Shown here piece by piece: positions 33,372 to 34,367 of a stretch of DNA of 34,367 nt (its first letter is position 1; every line of letters starts with the position of its first letter). The stretch lies in the NCBI GenBank assembly GCA_045635285.1, contig JAZRBX010000120.1, positions 1 to 34,367 on the forward strand. The letters are read 5' to 3'. Below the pieces are notes generated by a model that was not told the origin of the DNA, made no database searches, and saw only the letters and a program-made list of their open reading frames with translations. Made by a program: the position numbers and the translations under genes. Origin of the DNA: Victivallaceae bacterium. GTDB lineage: Bacteria; Verrucomicrobiota; Lentisphaeria; Victivallales; Victivallaceae.

Positions 33372-34367
33372 ATGGAACTTGAAAAATTTTGTGATATATT
33401 GGGATTTGGCAGGGATTATGCGGAGAAACTTGCGCCGTATTATTGTGATTTGTATGACAAGAGCAGTGATGAACTGCCGTTTTTCATGAAGCGGGAGTTT
33501 TTTACTGAATATTATCCTCTCTGCAGAAGAAATGACAATAATGAGATTTTTGCACGCATGGCGGAAGTTTGTGCGGAGGCTGAAAAAAATCCCGTTGTCT
33601 GCCGTTATGCCTTAATGATTTATTATGCGCTTTTTGTATCTGAAAAGCCGTTATTGTCGTTTCCATGGCTTGCTCCTGAAAAGATTTTCGGTGAGAATGA
33701 GGGGATTTTTCCGCTGCTTATTGCACTTGGAGCATTGCCGCTTATCCGTCAAAAACATGCGGAAATCGGACTTGATGAAAGTTATATGCACGGTATTGCT
33801 GATTGGATCGGTGTAACTTTGGATATTTATGCTGCGGCGCACAATGGGATCAAAGGGCATCCTTTCCGCATGACTTACTGGCTGCGTTACAGCATTGACT
33901 GTGAACTTTTCCGCATCGGCAGACTTGAATTTTTTGACAGTAAATATTATGCTGACATGCCGTTTATTTACCGCAACAGAAATAACGGAAAACTGGCGGT
34001 GCTGTGCCGCAATAACTGGACTTTTGACAAAGATGGTTTCCGTGTCAAATCGGACAGCAATGAGGTTGATTTTACCGCTGAACTTTGTGAAGAGAATGGG
34101 GTTGTAAGCGGAATTTGGATAGATCCCTGCGGTTTCCCTGTGAAAGATAAAAAAATCACGCTTGACCTTGCACAATGGGAACTTGTCTGTGCAGAGGATG
34201 AAATTTGTTCAACTCTGCATATTCCCGGCGGCGGCGGTATGACATTGGAGCGTATCAGAGAATCGCTTGTTATGGCGAAAAAGTTTTATCGGGAAGTTTT
34301 CAAGCGTGAGGTCAAATTTTTCTGCTGTCATTCATGGCTATTCAACCGTGCATGGGAAACGGAACTG
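33372..34367 (+). CDS. Acyltransferase-like protein (NAT_N / GNAT_C, DUF5596-type), 3' end outside window
   Basis: This is my own translation: the frame is open from the ATG at 33372 (AAGGAG 6 nt upstream) to the window end, 332 codons. It is not in the ORF track because there is no stop. The motifs MTYWLRYSIDCELFRIGRLEF, LHIPGGGGMTLERIRESLVMAKKFY and FFCCHSWLFN match this family as I recall it. Confidence 0.6.
   Translation, partial: MELEKFCDILGFGRDYAEKLAPYYCDLYDKSSDELPFFMKREFFTEYYPLCRRNDNNEIFARMAEVCAEAEKNPVVCRYALMIYYALFVSEKPLLSFPWLAPEKIFGENEGIFPLLIALGALPLIRQKHAEIGLDESYMHGIADWIGVTLDIYAAAHNGIKGHPFRMTYWLRYSIDCELFRIGRLEFFDSKYYADMPFIYRNRNNGKLAVLCRNNWTFDKDGFRVKSDSNEVDFTAELCEENGVVSGIWIDPCGFPVKDKKITLDLAQWELVCAEDEICSTLHIPGGGGMTLERIRESLVMAKKFYREVFKREVKFFCCHSWLFNRAWETEL

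Noticed and set aside
1-34367. Search by eye for CRISPR arrays, tRNA/rRNA genes, transposases, integrases, toxin-antitoxin or known defence-system genes
   Set aside because: I found no regularly spaced direct repeats, no cloverleaf-like or rRNA-like segments in the intergenic regions, and no ORF with recombinase, nuclease or ATPase defence-type motifs. The absence of a recombinase is noted as a weakness of the inversion hypothesis.

Overview
This 34.4-kb window has moderate GC content and about 24 protein-coding genes. I found no rRNA, tRNA, CRISPR array, transposase or integrase. Nearly all of it reads as a glycan-utilisation island, mostly on the + strand, split into short operons by clear rho-independent terminators and extended -10 (TGn) sigma70-like promoters.

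Gene content, left to right:
- A NudC-like gene 3' end.
- Two tandem Gfo/Idh/MocA oxidoreductase paralogs, divergent from an AraC regulator.
- A LemA/DUF3137-like membrane pair.
- A cytoplasmic GHL6-type hydrolase plus a secreted metallophosphoesterase.
- Two prepilin-like DUF1559 (H-X9-DG) genes.
- Four tandem paralogs of an uncharacterised secreted protein (CBM-like module plus GH-like TIM barrel).
- A cytoplasmic GH20 hexosaminidase.
- An operon of a sodium:solute symporter, a GH94-like phosphorylase and a PIG-L deacetylase.
- A GntR regulator.
- An ADP-ribosylglycohydrolase-fold protein.
- A third DUF1559 gene heading an operon with a GH39-like enzyme, a divergent fifth member of the paralog family and a tandem-CBM protein.
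- The 5' part of a NAT_N/GNAT_C-type acyltransferase.

The DUF1559 genes suggest a PVC-superphylum host, Lentisphaerota or Planctomycetota-like. This is inference only.

The most unusual signal is non-coding. A 30-bp 13-4-13 palindrome (TTCCGATAAT-ATTG-ATTATCGGAA type) occurs four times, as two pairs. In each pair the asymmetric 4-nt core is reverse-complemented between the two copies. Each pair brackets a conserved leader of about 150-160 bp at the start of a DUF1559 gene, and in one pair the second copy lies inside the coding sequence. This is a candidate DNA-inversion switch or looping operator pair.

DUF1559 genes heading secreted-CAZyme operons, and the absence of the canonical Gly(-1) prepilin cleavage residue in all three, point to an undescribed glycan-capture module.
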